64,000 bases of DNA from Octopus sinensis (lineage: Eukaryota). The stretch lies in assembly GCF_006345805.1 (NCBI RefSeq), contig NC_042997.1, positions 145,762,001 to 145,826,000 of the forward strand. The letters run 5' to 3'. Below the pieces are notes generated by a model. It ran no database searches. It worked only from the letters and a program-made list of their open reading frames with translations, and was not told the origin of the DNA. Both the position numbers and the translations under genes were made by a program. Below are positions 39,948 to 52,605 of this stretch, piece after piece. Positions within the stretch are counted from its first letter, which is position 1; each line of letters starts with the position of its first letter.

Positions 39948-40006
39948 TATCGTTGTTGGCGATTTTTTTCTCCATTTTCCCTTCCTTGGACTTTTCGTTT
40001 TTCTAT

Positions 40007-40041
40007 GTTTCTGACGAAGAGCTCCGCTCGAAACGTTAAAT
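40007..40041 (+). ncRNA. Minimal type I hammerhead motif with canonical core, within a ~185-bp pLTR-like repeat (39950-40135)
   Basis: gttt-CTGACGA-a-gagc(tcc)gctc-GAAACGTT-aaat. Confidence 0.65.
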
Positions 40042-40149
40042 CCTCCTTCTTTCTTTCTTTTCTTGAGCGTCCAATAGCACTATACGTCCTCGCGTTGTTG
40101 TGTTTTCTCTTTGTTCATGTTTGGATTAACTATATGTATATATATATAC

Positions 40150-40221
<72 letters not shown>

Positions 40222-40254
40222 ATGTATAAGGATGAAAAGGAACACACGAGTTGA

Positions 40255-40636
40255 TATATATGAAAAAACAAGTCAGGATAGAAAATGCTAAAATAATTTT
40301 ATAAAGAACATTTCAGTACCGGTTTCAGCCATTTGAGACCTTTTCAACTGTAACAATTAAATAATTAAATTTAGAAAAATTAAAAGACAATTTTTTTAAA
40401 ACTGGAACTCACAAGAGTGAACAAGAGAGACAGAGAAAGGCAGAAACAAGGAAAATGCCATTTATATTTGAACACTATACAAATATTCTTTTAAAAAAAC
40501 TTTTCTTTTAATTTTTCTAAATTTACTTATTTAATTGTTACAGTTGAAAAGGTCTCAAATGACTGAAACCGGTACTAAAATGTTCTTTATAAAATTATTT
40601 TAGCATTTTCTATCCTGACTTGTTTTTTCATATATA
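40255..40636. mobile_element. Fold-back element with a U3-A8 hammerhead motif in each arm
   Basis: Arms 40255-40401 and 40489-40636; cag-TTGAAAA-ggtc(tcaaat)gact-GAAACCGGTA-cta at 40541-40577 (+) and mirror at 40314-40350 (-). Confidence 0.8.
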
Positions 40637-41312
40637 TATATTTCAGTTTCTGGCAATCAAATCCACTCCCAAGGGTTTGGTAGGCCCAAGACTACAGTAG
40701 AGGGCGATTACACAAGTTTACACGCAATGGGACTGAACCCAGAAATCATGTGGTCGTTGAGTATACTACTTCCAACATAGCCACACCTGAAGTGTAAAAT
40801 TCGTAAAAAAATTACAGCTAATATGTTTCAAGTTGTCATGTTATTCAAACAATAAAATTCATTTCAGGGCAAATTCGTGTCAAACTTGCAGAAACATATT
40901 ATTCACTACACACCAATGTGTAGAATCTTGGTGACATAAAAGGGCACAAAATCTTCGATATTTCATGCAATTTTATCTCAAATTGTGATTTATACACATA
41001 GAATTATGGTTCTTGAATGCAAATTATAGTTTATCATTGTAATTTATGGTTTATAAATGTTAGGAGCATGTGACTTCAAAGTCTCTAGTGTGAACAGAGC
41101 AAAATATAGAAATAGACATATAAGAAAAACGCAAACGTACGTGGGTGTTTATAATCTTGACACCTATGCATTTTTCTATTTGCTGATATAAAGAATATAA
41201 CCATAAAGTACAAAATGCGAAATGACTGGCATAGAACACAGAAATAAAGATAACTGTATCATTGGAAAACTGAGAGAGAGAGGACGAGAGAGGGAGAGAG
41301 AGAAATATGTAA

Positions 41313-41365
<53 letters not shown>

Positions 41366-41499
41366 TACATACATAGAGAAAGAGAGCGATGGGGGTTAGA
41401 GAGACGGAGACAGAGGATTAAAGAGAACGAATAGAAGTTCTTCAGTGAAAGTTAGAGAAATAAAGAAATATATGGAGATAAACCTAGCTGGACGTGCAA

Positions 41500-41829
41500 G
41501 CCGATATATACACATACATATCTATGTGTATATATATCTTTGTGAATATGTATATGTGTGTATATGTGTATATGTATTTTTGTAAATGTATAAATATATT
41601 GATATATATATATGCATATATATGTATTTATGTATATATATATATATATATGTATTTATATATATGTATTCATATATATATGTGTTTATATATATGCATT
41701 TATATATATGTATTTATATATATATGTATATATAAATATATATGTATTTATATATATGTATTCATATATATATGTATTTATATGTATGTATATATTATAT
41801 GTATATATGTTTTTATATGCATATGCATT

Positions 41830-41860
<31 letters not shown>

Positions 41861-41894
41861 GTATATATATGTATATATATATATGTATATATTG

Positions 41895-41947
<53 letters not shown>

Positions 41948-42471
41948 TGTATATATATGTATATATATATTATATATATGTATATGTATATATAGATATA
42001 TATATGTATATATATATGTATATATATGTATATATATATATATGTATATATATATGTATATATATATGTATATATATATGTATATATATATGTATATATG
42101 TATATATATGTATATATATGTATATGTATATATATATATTATATTAAATTAGAGATAAAACCACTATTAGGCAAATCAATGTCTAATAGTGGTTTTATCT
42201 CTAATTTAGTATAATATATATTTATCTCGCGATGGTGGTGCCCCAGCATGGCCGCGGCCTTCGGGCTAAAACATTTTTAAAGATTTAAGGATTTATACTA
42301 TAAAATTGGATCTAATCCTAAATCTAATTTTTCCCTGTAAGTTTGGATTTACTCCCTAGTATATTATTATATTATTATTATTCATTATATTATTATTATT
42401 ATTATTATTATATTATTATTATTATTATTATATTATATATATATATATATATGTTATATTATAATATATAT

Positions 42472-42553
<82 letters not shown>

Positions 42554-42593
42554 ATATACTAATATATATATATATATATATCTGTATATATAT

Positions 42594-42642
<49 letters not shown>

Positions 42643-42749
42643 ATATTAATAGATATATATATAATATATATATAATCTGTATATTTATATATATATATAT
42701 ATATATATATAATCTGTATATTCATATATATATATATATATATGTACTG

Positions 42750-42800
<51 letters not shown>

Positions 42801-42802
42801 TT

Positions 42803-42841
<39 letters not shown>

Positions 42842-42844
42842 TTA

Positions 42845-42875
<31 letters not shown>

Positions 42876-42920
42876 ATTATATAATATATATATATATATA
42901 TATATACATGTATTTATATA
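41500..42920. repeat. (TA)n/(TATG)n microsatellite blocks
   Basis: Directly visible, 41500-42140 and 42430-42920. Confidence 0.9.
42139..42214. repeat. ~75-bp hairpin (arms ~34 bp, 8-nt loop)
   Basis: taaattagagataaaaccactattag gc aaatcaat gt ctaatagtggttttatctctaattta. Confidence 0.85.
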
Positions 42921-42924
42921 TATA

Positions 42925-43131
42925 CAGGTGTCCCAGAAGTTGCGCACCACCCTGTGATTTTAAAGGATACACCCTTATTGATTTCAAAAACACTTTATTG
43001 AAATTAATCGTAACAAATGCTGAAATTGAGCACCCTCTACAATAAAACATGCAGAAAAAATATAATAAAATAAAATGCTTTAATTATTTAAAATGAAAAC
43101 CAGAATGGTGCGTGACTTCTGGGACACCCTG
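42925..43131. mobile_element. Tc1/mariner-type MITE (207 bp)
   Basis: TA|CAGGTGTCCCAGAAGTTGCGCACCA ... TGGTGCGTGACTTCTGGGACACCCTG. Confidence 0.85.
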
Positions 43132-43288
43132 CATATATAACTATGTATTTATATATATATATACGTATATATATGTCTACATATGTATGTACATATATAT
43201 ATACCTATATATGTATTTCTATATATAGAGAGAGAAATATTAAAATTTCTAAGTCTCTCTAAAGGAGATTACGGTCAGCGGTACAGGA

Positions 43289-43783
43289 TATTAATAGTTA
43301 TCGCAAAGCTAATATGGCAGCTCAGAAATATAGGACAAAAGCTGCCGTTGATTAGCTCCAAGAGGCCATCGCCTCTAGCTAGCTATGTGATACACGAACC
43401 TGTGTCCATTATAACCTTCGAACAGGGCATGTCAACCGTTTCCCCTTGCTGGTCAGGCATCTGCAGACTACTTTCAGCGTATTTTTGCCGCTTATCAATG
43501 CAGAGCAGCCGAACCCAGCAGGCGTTGCTACTAACCGTCTGTTTGAAGGATTATTTACCTAAATTCAGTGGAATACATCCAATGGGCAAATACCCTGAAT
43601 CTAGTCTGCAGATGCCTGACCAGCAAGGGGGAGTGGCTGACCTCCCCTGCTCGAAGGTTATAATGGACACAGGTTCGTTTGTCACTTGGCTAGCTAGAGG
43701 CGACGGCCTCTTGGAGTTAAACTACGGCAGCTTTCGTCCTATATTCCTGGGCTGCCATGTTAGCTTGGCGATCACTATTAATA
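43289..43783. mobile_element. GC-rich MITE/fold-back with 182-bp TIRs
   Basis: Arms 43289-43470 and 43602-43783, 131-bp spacer, TATTAATA ends. Confidence 0.85.
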
Positions 43784-44031
43784 GATAATATATAAATATA
43801 TATGCGTAAATATTAACAAGCGAAACCATTGGTACGTAGGAAATCGTTTTTATTTCGTATATTTTCATTTGTCTTGCTAAGTTTTACATTCTGACGTTTT
43901 GCTGAATTTTTTTTTTTTTGTGGTGGGGAACACACTCTTCTTGATTAGGCGATTTGACGTCTGTATCTAGCATTTAGGAGTCCACTTTGGTGGCTATTCC
44001 TCTTAATTTTGTATGAAATATACATACACAC

Positions 44032-44090
<59 letters not shown>

Positions 44091-44869
44091 GGATGTATGT
44101 ACACGTGTATGCGTGTGAGAGAGACAGAGAGACAGAGAAATCTTTTTTTCGAGGATAGTGATGAGTTCTCAACAACTACGTCTTTGTGGTAGCCCAGTCT
44201 GTGGTGCTTCAAAAACGTTCTTTCTTTCACTCGCTTTGATTGTTTTTGTTTTTGCATCTATCTTCACAAAGTTTTGATTAAAAGAAATAAAGTAAACAAT
44301 TTCTCTTACTGTTACTGAACAATTTGCACGAAGAACCGGTTTTAACTTGAGCATGTGCAGAATTTACAGCAGACTCTCGTTTTAATCCCTGAACTTGAAG
44401 TGTCGCAGTTATGCCAATTAGCAGATATCAAAGAACGCTTCTTATGGAAGATAGAAATGTAAAACTAAAACAGATCACGCTAGTCTTTCTTACCGTCATT
44501 GTTCGTATTACATATGGGATACCCTTACTGAAATTTCTCTGATAACAGGAAACAAGTCCCTAAGCGGATGCAATATGGAATACATAAAATAGCATTTATA
44601 AACGCAATATGATGCATTAGACTGAACGTTGCCTTGGTTCTGTTTTTGAAAAGTTTATTCTTGCTATTCTCGTCTCCTTCGCTAAATAGTCATTGACCTA
44701 AAACTGCGTTCATCTGTTTAGTGTGACAAGTTTTCTTTGCGCCCTGATGGTTTCTAGCAACCTCTTTTAGTGGAATAACCTAAGGAGGAAATTTGCGTAT
44801 ATCTGTATATGTGTGTATATGAGTGAGTATGTGTGTGTGTGTATACATGTATATATATATATATACATG

Positions 44870-45330
44870 TGTCTGTGTGTCTCTGAGTTTGCCTTTGTTT
44901 CCCACCACCGCTTCACAACTGGTGCTAGTTTGTTTATGTCAGCGTAACTTAGCGTTTCGGCAAAAGTGACCGTGGAATAAGTACCAGGTTTAAAAAGAAA
45001 TAAGTACGGGATTCGATTCGTTTGACTAAAAATGTTCAAGCCGTTGCCCCAGAATGGCGGCAGTCTAATGAGTGAAATAAGTAAAAGGTATATATAATAA
45101 ATATAGATAGATACACATATTAATCTCTTTATTGCCCACAGGGGGCTAACCCTAGAGGGGACAAACTAGGACTGATAAAGGGATTTAGTCGATTACATTG
45201 ATTCCAGTGCGTAACTGGTACTTACTTAATCGACCTTGAAAAGATGAAAGGCCAAGTCGACCTCGGCGGAATTTGAACGCAGAACGTAAAGACAGATGAA
45301 ACACCGTTAAGCATTTCGCCCAGCGTGATA
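44870..45330. mobile_element. Family A SINE 3' half (+, 44870-45090) and family B SINE (-, 45125-45330)
   Basis: Matches to the copies described above. Confidence 0.7.
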
Positions 45331-45539
45331 TAGATACACATATATAGTAAAATTCTTTAACAGGATATCAAGGAAACTCGAAAGCCAGTGAGAAATTAGT
45401 GCAACATAATTGTAGAGGGTGTAGTTATATGTTACAAGTATAAAGTTTTAGTACATAATTTCTGCATTACTTAATTCAATTGTTCTTCAGAAACAAAATA
45501 TTTTGAATCAGCAAACACTGCTAGATTGTTAGGATATTT

Positions 45540-46600
45540 TGGGACACCATAGCACTCTCGAAAAGAAAGTTATTGTTATTTATTCTCTATGGGTGAGAGC
45601 AGCATGTCTAGAATGTCACGGAGGAATTTTTTCAAGTACCATTTGAAGGTTATGGGAATTTTTGCCTTCCTTGATTTATTTTGTGTGTTGAATAGAGGTG
45701 AAGAAACAGCTATGTCGGAATATTATGTGAGTTCGATCCTGTAGTGGGCATCGGGAAAGTGGAGGATTTGTAATTATACTTTAGACCATGTTTTCCGTAT
45801 TTTATTGACCATAGAGGGACAGAGCATACTAAGATGACCCAAGCAATCAAGTCAGTCATGGGATCTGGGTTTTATTCCTGTTGTTTTTTTGTGCTTTACC
45901 TTTCGAGTACTTCAATTTGTATAATGTTCTCTCTCGCATAGAGAAAGCAGTTTTTAACGTGAGACCGAGTGAAGGTTAAAAAAAAAACAAAAGAAAAAAC
46001 AGGGGCTACTCCAAGATAACATTCTGTGGGTTATGTTAACTTGATCTTGATGTGGTCACTCCAGATTAGACGGTTGTTGTTGTTGATATTTGCACATAAG
46101 GCTGTGTTAATATTTAAGGTGATGAAAAGTTCTCCTGAAGGTTGCTCGACTTTATCCTCTTTTCCAATGAGGATGAACTAAAATTTTCCCTCGTTTAGCC
46201 GAACATTCTTAGTTTTTACTCAGTCATTTAATCACAACGTGTAGATCAGAATGGAGTTATAACGCTGATGACTTTGAGAACCGTGAGTCATCTTCAGAAA
46301 TGTTTCCTTTTCTGTGTCTGGTTTGTGCTCTATCATTCAAATAATATAATGCAGAAGAGTGAGCTGAACATAGTGCCAAGACGTCACCCCAATTGACATA
46401 CTTTTGTCGACCTCGCATATCACAACATGTTGGCTCTGTTTACTGGAAAACAATCCGCACCTGTACCATTTCCCAGATTCCAGTGATGGTTGGTTGCTTG
46501 CAGCTTAATATTCTATCGAAGGCCTTGCAAATAGGAAAGCACATGACATCCTTGTTAGAGACATAACCCAGAGAATTTCAGATAGCAATGGAATAGTGCA
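45540..46600 (-). pseudogene. Highly decayed CR1/L2-like LINE 3' half
   Basis: Minus strand CKAFDR (46512-46529), then WSDHIKIK (~46060); many stops and frameshifts. Confidence 0.5.
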
Positions 46601-47303
46601 GAAAATGCACAAAGTAGTACCTGCCACCACTACAGCGTCGCTGGTTGGAATTTTGAAAATGTTCCACTTAAGGGAAACAGTTACACTTGATTCTATTATC
46701 GACAAAAATACTTTGAAAATGTAAAAGTTAAGAGAAATTGGATGGCAAGTTACATACAGGCAAAAACACATAAATACGCGGTTATATGTATATGTGTTTA
46801 CTTGGATACATATATAATATATGAACTTATATATTCGAGTAAATAGACATACATACATCAACACACACACATATGTTACATGTATAAAATATTTATATGC
46901 AGGTACATACACATATATACACAAATACATTTTAGCCAATTAACTCGCTCATTTTAACCAACTAACTCGATCTGTAAGTGGAACAGTAAAAATATATAAG
47001 ACATTACTGAAGTATAAAATAGGAGATTGTTTTTGCTATCTACATTCCAGCGATGGAGCTTTGTATCTTAGTCAGAAAAAAGCTCCTTCTACAGAGAAAC
47101 AGTCTAAATACAGATATTTATGTACACACGTAGACGCATCTATAAACATGCATACAGACATATAAATACATGCATGCACACACACACACATATATATATA
47201 TGCATGTTTATATGCTTGTATGTGTATATATAATTATATGTACTCTTAGATTCGTTTGCATTCCTACATAAGTATTTGAGTGTTTCAGTAGTGATAGCAG
47301 ACC

Positions 47304-47339
<36 letters not shown>

Positions 47340-47584
47340 ACATACATACACACATACAGCCATTTAATTAGCAGATGACTATAGATGCGATCTGACACAT
47401 GTAGTTACATTCAAGGAAAAGTGCATGCATTCATGCATGATTTCACGCATGAATATGTATGCATGTCTGTTAATATTTTTACATCAGACGTTGTTCGTTA
47501 GTGTGCGCGTAATTGTGTGTATGTGTGTTAAGGTTTTTTATTGGTGAAAAGTCAGACGTAGTCACTCATGCAATATGTCTAACA

Positions 47585-47715
47585 ATGTATGTATGTATGT
47601 ATGTATGTATGTATGTATGTATGTATGTATGTATGTATGTATGTATGTATGTATGTTAGTATGTATGTATGTACGTACGTATGTATGTCTATATGTATGT
47701 ATGCATGCATGTATG

Positions 47716-47749
<34 letters not shown>

Positions 47750-48035
47750 TGTATGTATGTATGTATGTATGTATGTATATATGTACGTACGTACGTATGT
47801 ATGTATGTATGTATGTATGTATATATGTACGTACGTACGTATGTATGTATGTATGTATGTATATATGTACGTACGTACGTATGTATGTATGTATGTATGT
47901 ATATATGTACGTACGTACGTATGTATGTATGTATGTATGTATATATGTACGTACGTACGTATGTATGTATGTATGTATGTATATATGTACGTACGTACGT
48001 ATGTATGTATATATGTATGTACGTATGTATATATC
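47585..48035. repeat. (TATG)n with a 40-bp higher-order unit (atatatgtacgtacgtacgt+(atgt)5), about 6 copies
   Basis: Units at ~47821, 47861, 47901, 47941, 47981. Confidence 0.9.
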
Positions 48036-48253
48036 TCTCTCACTCTCTCTCACTCTGTCTCTCACCTTCTCTCTCTCTCCATGTGTATACTTATATATAT
48101 ATGCGTACATACACACAAACATATGCATAGACTTACATACACAAATACGTATAAAGGATATATATGTATATATACATACATGTATGTTGATATATGCACA
48201 TATACGATATATATATATATGTATTTACATGCTTGCATATATGTATATATATA

Positions 48254-48353
48254 NNNNNNNNNNNNNNNNNNNNNNNNNNNNNNNNNNNNNNNNNNNNNNN
48301 NNNNNNNNNNNNNNNNNNNNNNNNNNNNNNNNNNNNNNNNNNNNNNNNNNNNN
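48254..48353. other. Assembly gap (100 N)
   Basis: Run of exactly 100 N; real distance unknown. Confidence 0.99.
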
Positions 48354-48599
48354 CTCTGTAAGAGCATTATTATAACTATACGAAAGGTGTTGAGTGACAA
48401 CGCGAAGGAAAGTGATGACAAGTTATAGGCTACGTCAGCAGTAACTGTTTCTTCTTGTCTGACGCCAGCAGTATTAATACCTGTATGTTTGTCTGTGTGC
48501 ATGCATGCATGTATGCATGTATGTATGTATGGCATGTATGTATGTATGTATGTATGCATGTATTTGTGTATGTACATACGTACGTGTGCATATATATAT

Positions 48600-48807
48600 A
48601 TATAGGGAGAGTTCACAAAAAAAAAACAAAAGACGAAGACAGGTGGTGTACAAAACAAACAAATGTATTAGTATAACGCTCAGGAATAGAAAAAATCTTT
48701 TACGTTTCGAGCCTACGCTCTTCTACAGAAAGGGACACAGAAAAAAAAACCAAGGAGAGAAACAAGGAGAAAAAAAATGTGTGTAGTGGCTACCGATCTA
48801 TCATGGC

Positions 48808-48810
<3 letters not shown>
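48600..48810 (-). mobile_element. Short pLTR-like repeat with CTGT-N-GA hammerhead variant
   Basis: Minus strand ctttCTGTAGAagagcgtaggctcGAAACGTAaaag at 48697-48732; (TA)n both sides. Confidence 0.8.
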
Positions 48811-48850
<40 letters not shown>

Positions 48851-48884
48851 CCGGTTACCTACTTGGGAGTAGGGAAGGAAACTA

Positions 48885-49250
48885 TCTTGTTTTAACCATC
48901 ATCCTTTAAATCTTAAGATTTTGCAGACTTTTATAGCCCCAGATATCGTGATCATTTGTAGCGTATGAATTCAGGATTTGCGTTCTCTCTTCAAGATCCC
49001 AAGTTCAGCTATATTTTGCTCTACTTTGCTCCAGACGAGTTGGCTTGTAATAATAATAGGTATGAAACTTAAAGTGTATCTTGGGTACTGGGTTTGCAAA
49101 CTTATCAATGGTCAATAGATATCCTCTTTCTTTTGTATTTTTCTAACCACATTGGTGTCAAAGGGGGGGGAGCTGATTTCCACAACAGAACATATCTTTA
49201 GCTTGTGGTATTACACAACTATAATGGGCCCTTAGTGTCTTAATTTGATA
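48885..49250 (-). pseudogene. RLE-type (R2/NeSL/R4-like) LINE 3' end remnant
   Basis: KICSVVEISSPPFDTNVVRKIQKKEDIY...FIPIII...TISGAIKVCK resembles a PD-(D/E)xK restriction-like endonuclease C-terminus. Confidence 0.6.
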
Positions 49251-49669
49251 CTTGTTGTTCGTATGTATGTATGTATGTATGTATGTATTATGTATGTATG
49301 TATGTATGTATGTATGTATGCATGCATGCATGTATGTACGTATGTACGTATTACGTTCGTATCTATGTTATTCAGTTTTATTTGAAGATTTCTTGCCAAT
49401 AGAGAAAGGGCCGGTTTCTAACCTAGACCTAAAGCTCTTTCATTGGAATTTCAGCATAAACAGGATATTTCTGTATGTATGTATGTATGTATGTATGTAT
49501 GTATGGGTGTACGTGTGCGTATTATTTAAGTTCTTGAGAGAGTTCAAGCTGGCCGCCAACAAAGCGACAAGACATCTTTAAGATGAGAGAGTTCCCGATG
49601 TTTGTAAACACGTGGCTGAGTTGGTGTTTTGATGCATACACTCAAGTGTGAGCATCTGTTCACATTAGA

Positions 49670-50130
49670 GAATTTTGGCAATGTCTTAAAAATCTTCACT
49701 GTATCACTAATAGATTGAATCTGGAAAACCCGTGTCAGTTTCTTTTGCTTTTTCTCCGTGAAACCGATTATTTCTAGGTTTTTGTGCAAATTTATAGGTA
49801 ACGTAATGTACCTATAATGAGAGACACAAATGAATATTCATTGTCAGAGTACAAGTGGTATAAGTTCTGCATTAATCCATCATAGATGTTCTATATTTCC
49901 TGGACGTTTACAACAGTGCATGGCTTTTGTTGCCTGTCCCACAAAGCAATATCAGGTCCGTTATGTTGGCACCTAATTGATGTTGGAACTTAATTGATTG
50001 GGGTGTTCCACCTGTATTCCTTGTTTTTAAAAGTGTGATTACCTACTGGTTCTGACATGCCTTTGATACTGAAATGTGTCAGTTGTTAAAATTCCTGGTA
50101 TCATGATGGCAAAATCGTTATGCCGGTTTT
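49670..50130 (-). pseudogene. Second RLE-type LINE 3' end remnant
   Basis: HNGPDIALWDRQQKPCTVVNV...FVSLIIGTL...IQSISDTVKIFKT. Confidence 0.6.
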
Positions 50131-50195
50131 GTGAAAAGGAAAATAAGATCCAAATAATAAGACAAAGAAATACTTTAACACATCATAAACGATCA

Positions 50196-50292
50196 GATAC
50201 AATTGTTTCTGCACCAACTTTGCTTGCAGCGTTGCGAGCAGTGTTGTTACAGAAACAATAGTAACTCATCATTATACACGTGTTAAAGTATT
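50196..50292 (+). repeat. 97-bp direct repeat containing a 58-nt hairpin; second copy at 51391-51490
   Basis: Copies 1195 bp apart, differing by a 3-nt insertion and one substitution. Confidence 0.9.
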
Positions 50293-50379
50293 TATCATCT
50301 TATTATCTGGATTACACACGTGTGATTATGAGTGTGCGTGTGCGTGCGGTTGTCTATTTATGTATATGTATGTGCTTAT

Positions 50380-50561
50380 CGTTAGCCACTACACACATTT
50401 TTTTCTCTCCTTGTTGCTCCCCTTATTTTTTCCGTGTCCCTTTCTGTAGAAGAGCGTAGGCACGAAACGTAAAATACTTTTTCTATTCCTGAGCGCTATA
50501 CTAAAACTCTGTTTGTTTTGTACACCACCTGTCTTCGTCTTTTGTTTTTTTCGTAATCTTT

Positions 50562-50565
<4 letters not shown>
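50380..50565 (+). mobile_element. Short pLTR-like repeat with CTGT-N-GA hammerhead variant
   Basis: ctttCTGTAGAagagcgtaggcacGAAACGTAaaat at 50440-50475; ends in (TA)n. Confidence 0.8.
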
Positions 50566-50605
<40 letters not shown>

Positions 50606-50829
50606 ATATATACATATCTTCTATCATTTACTTGTTTGAGTCATGAGAGTGCCACCTCAAAAGATTTTGTCGAACGAATCGACCCTTTTCTTTTCTTTAG
50701 CATGGTACTTAATCCGTCGTTTCTGCTTTGTTACTGGTATGTAAATACACCATGCTCGGTTGTCAACCACTTGGTGGTAGACGTGTGTGTGGGTGGAGGT
50801 AAAATACACACAAACACACACACTCACAC

Positions 50830-51160
50830 GGGGACCCCTTCGGTCACGAATGACCATGGGGTCGCAACTAGAAAGTTCCCCTCTGTGGCACAAGTCCAGG
50901 CAAGTGTGTTTATGAAAGACCAGCAGTTGCCCATGCATACCAGCCTCCTCTCTCCACGCCACTGATGTTATCCAAGGGAAAGGCAAAGGCTGATACAGCT
51001 TGGCATCAGTGAGTCGCAACTCATTTCTGCAGCTGAGTGAACTGGAGTAACGTGAAATGAAGTGTCTTGCTCAAGAACACAACACGCAACCTGGTAAGGG
51101 AATCGAACTCACAACCTCATGGTCGTAAGTTCGGCACTCTAACCACTGAGCCATGCGCCT
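50830..51160 (-). mobile_element. tRNA-derived SINE (family D); second copy at 56645-56920 (-)
   Basis: Head aggcgcatggctcagtggttagag...gagttcgattccc, body ttgagcaagacacttcatttcacg...ccagttcactcagctg. Confidence 0.8.
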
Positions 51161-51627
51161 TCACTACACACACACACACACACACATACACATGTAGATT
51201 CGCTCGATCAATTGGTAGATAGATATAGATATAGATATATTATAATATGGATAGGTGAATAGTTAGGATGGATATATATATATATATATATATATTATTC
51301 TATATATATATATATATATATAATATATATCTATATATAGTATACTATATATATATTCTATATATCAATACATATATACATACATACATAGATACAATTG
51401 TTTCTGCACCACCAACTTTGTTTGCAGCGTTGCGAGCAGTGTTGTTACAGAAACAATAGTAACTCATCATTATACACGTGTTAAAGTATTACATACATAT
51501 ATACATACATACATACATACATAATTTCAGTCGTATTGTGTCAACATGAATAATTAACTGATAGGACTGAATATTATGATAGTCTCACATGTGTGTTTGT
51601 GTGTATGTATGTATATATGTATGTGTG

Positions 51628-52150
51628 AAGGCGTGTGACTTAGTGGTTAGGGTATTCCACTTGCAATCGTAGGGTCACGAGTTTGATTCCCGGCGAACGT
51701 TGTGTCCTTGATCAAGGCACTTTATTTCTTTCCTACTCTAAGCACAAGGCCCAAAATTTTGGGGTAGGGGAGCCAGTCAATATAATCGATCTCAGTATGC
51801 AACCGGTACTTGATTTATCGACCCCGAAAGGATGAAAGGCAAAGTCGACCTCGGCGGAATTTGAACTCAAAACGTAAAAACAGACGAGTTACCGCTAAGC
51901 ATTTCGCCCGGCGTGCTAATGTTACTGCCAGCTCGCCGCCTTGCAAGACACTCAGCTGGTAAAAATGAGTATCTCTATTTCAAGGGGCTGGCCTTGTCGC
52001 ACTCTGTGTCTCGCTGAATCTCTCTGAGAAGAATGTAAACGGCTAAGCGTGTCTTTGGAGTGCTCAGCCACTTACACGTTAATCTCACGAGCAAGCTGTT
52101 CCGTTGATCGGATCGACTGGAACCTTCGTCGTCGTAAGCGACAGAGTGCC
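51628..52150 (+). mobile_element. tRNA-derived SINE (family C) interrupted by a family B SINE (-, ~51729-51940)
   Basis: Head and tail match 57135-57460; family B core in between. Confidence 0.8.
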
Positions 52151-52480
52151 AGTTATTTTTTGTATGTATGTGTATGTATGTATGTATGTATGTATGTATG
52201 TATGTATGTATGTATGTATGTGTGAAGATAAAAGAAATGTAAGATGCACTGAGAGTCATTTAGATTTTTTTTTATTTTTAAACGGTTTTACTGAATCTTT
52301 GGATTTTCAAAAGTTAAGTGAGATAGAAAGACACAGGATTACGCCGCAACTATCTTCTGACTGGAGTTCGAAAATTCTCATTCCTTTATAGACAGAACAC
52401 AGCTCAAATCAGTACCTACTTTGAATACAATTTGATTAGCAGAAGATAGTCACGTGATTAGACTGAGAAATAAAATAACT

Positions 52481-52493
<13 letters not shown>

Positions 52494-52577
<84 letters not shown>

Positions 52578-52605
52578 CATCTATCTATCCATCTATCTAT
52601 CTATG
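52494..52605. repeat. (CTAT)n microsatellite
   Basis: Directly visible. Confidence 0.95.

Noticed and set aside
43610-43670. CTGACCA...hairpin...GAAG in the MITE arm
   Set aside because: Core and GAAA both non-matching, and the hairpin is not conserved in the opposite arm
43183-43788. 201-aa ORF
   Set aside because: Spans a palindromic MITE; its two halves are reverse complements and there is no recognisable domain
49370-49480. GAAACCGGC motif on the minus strand in a small repeat
   Set aside because: No recognisable catalytic core upstream in this copy
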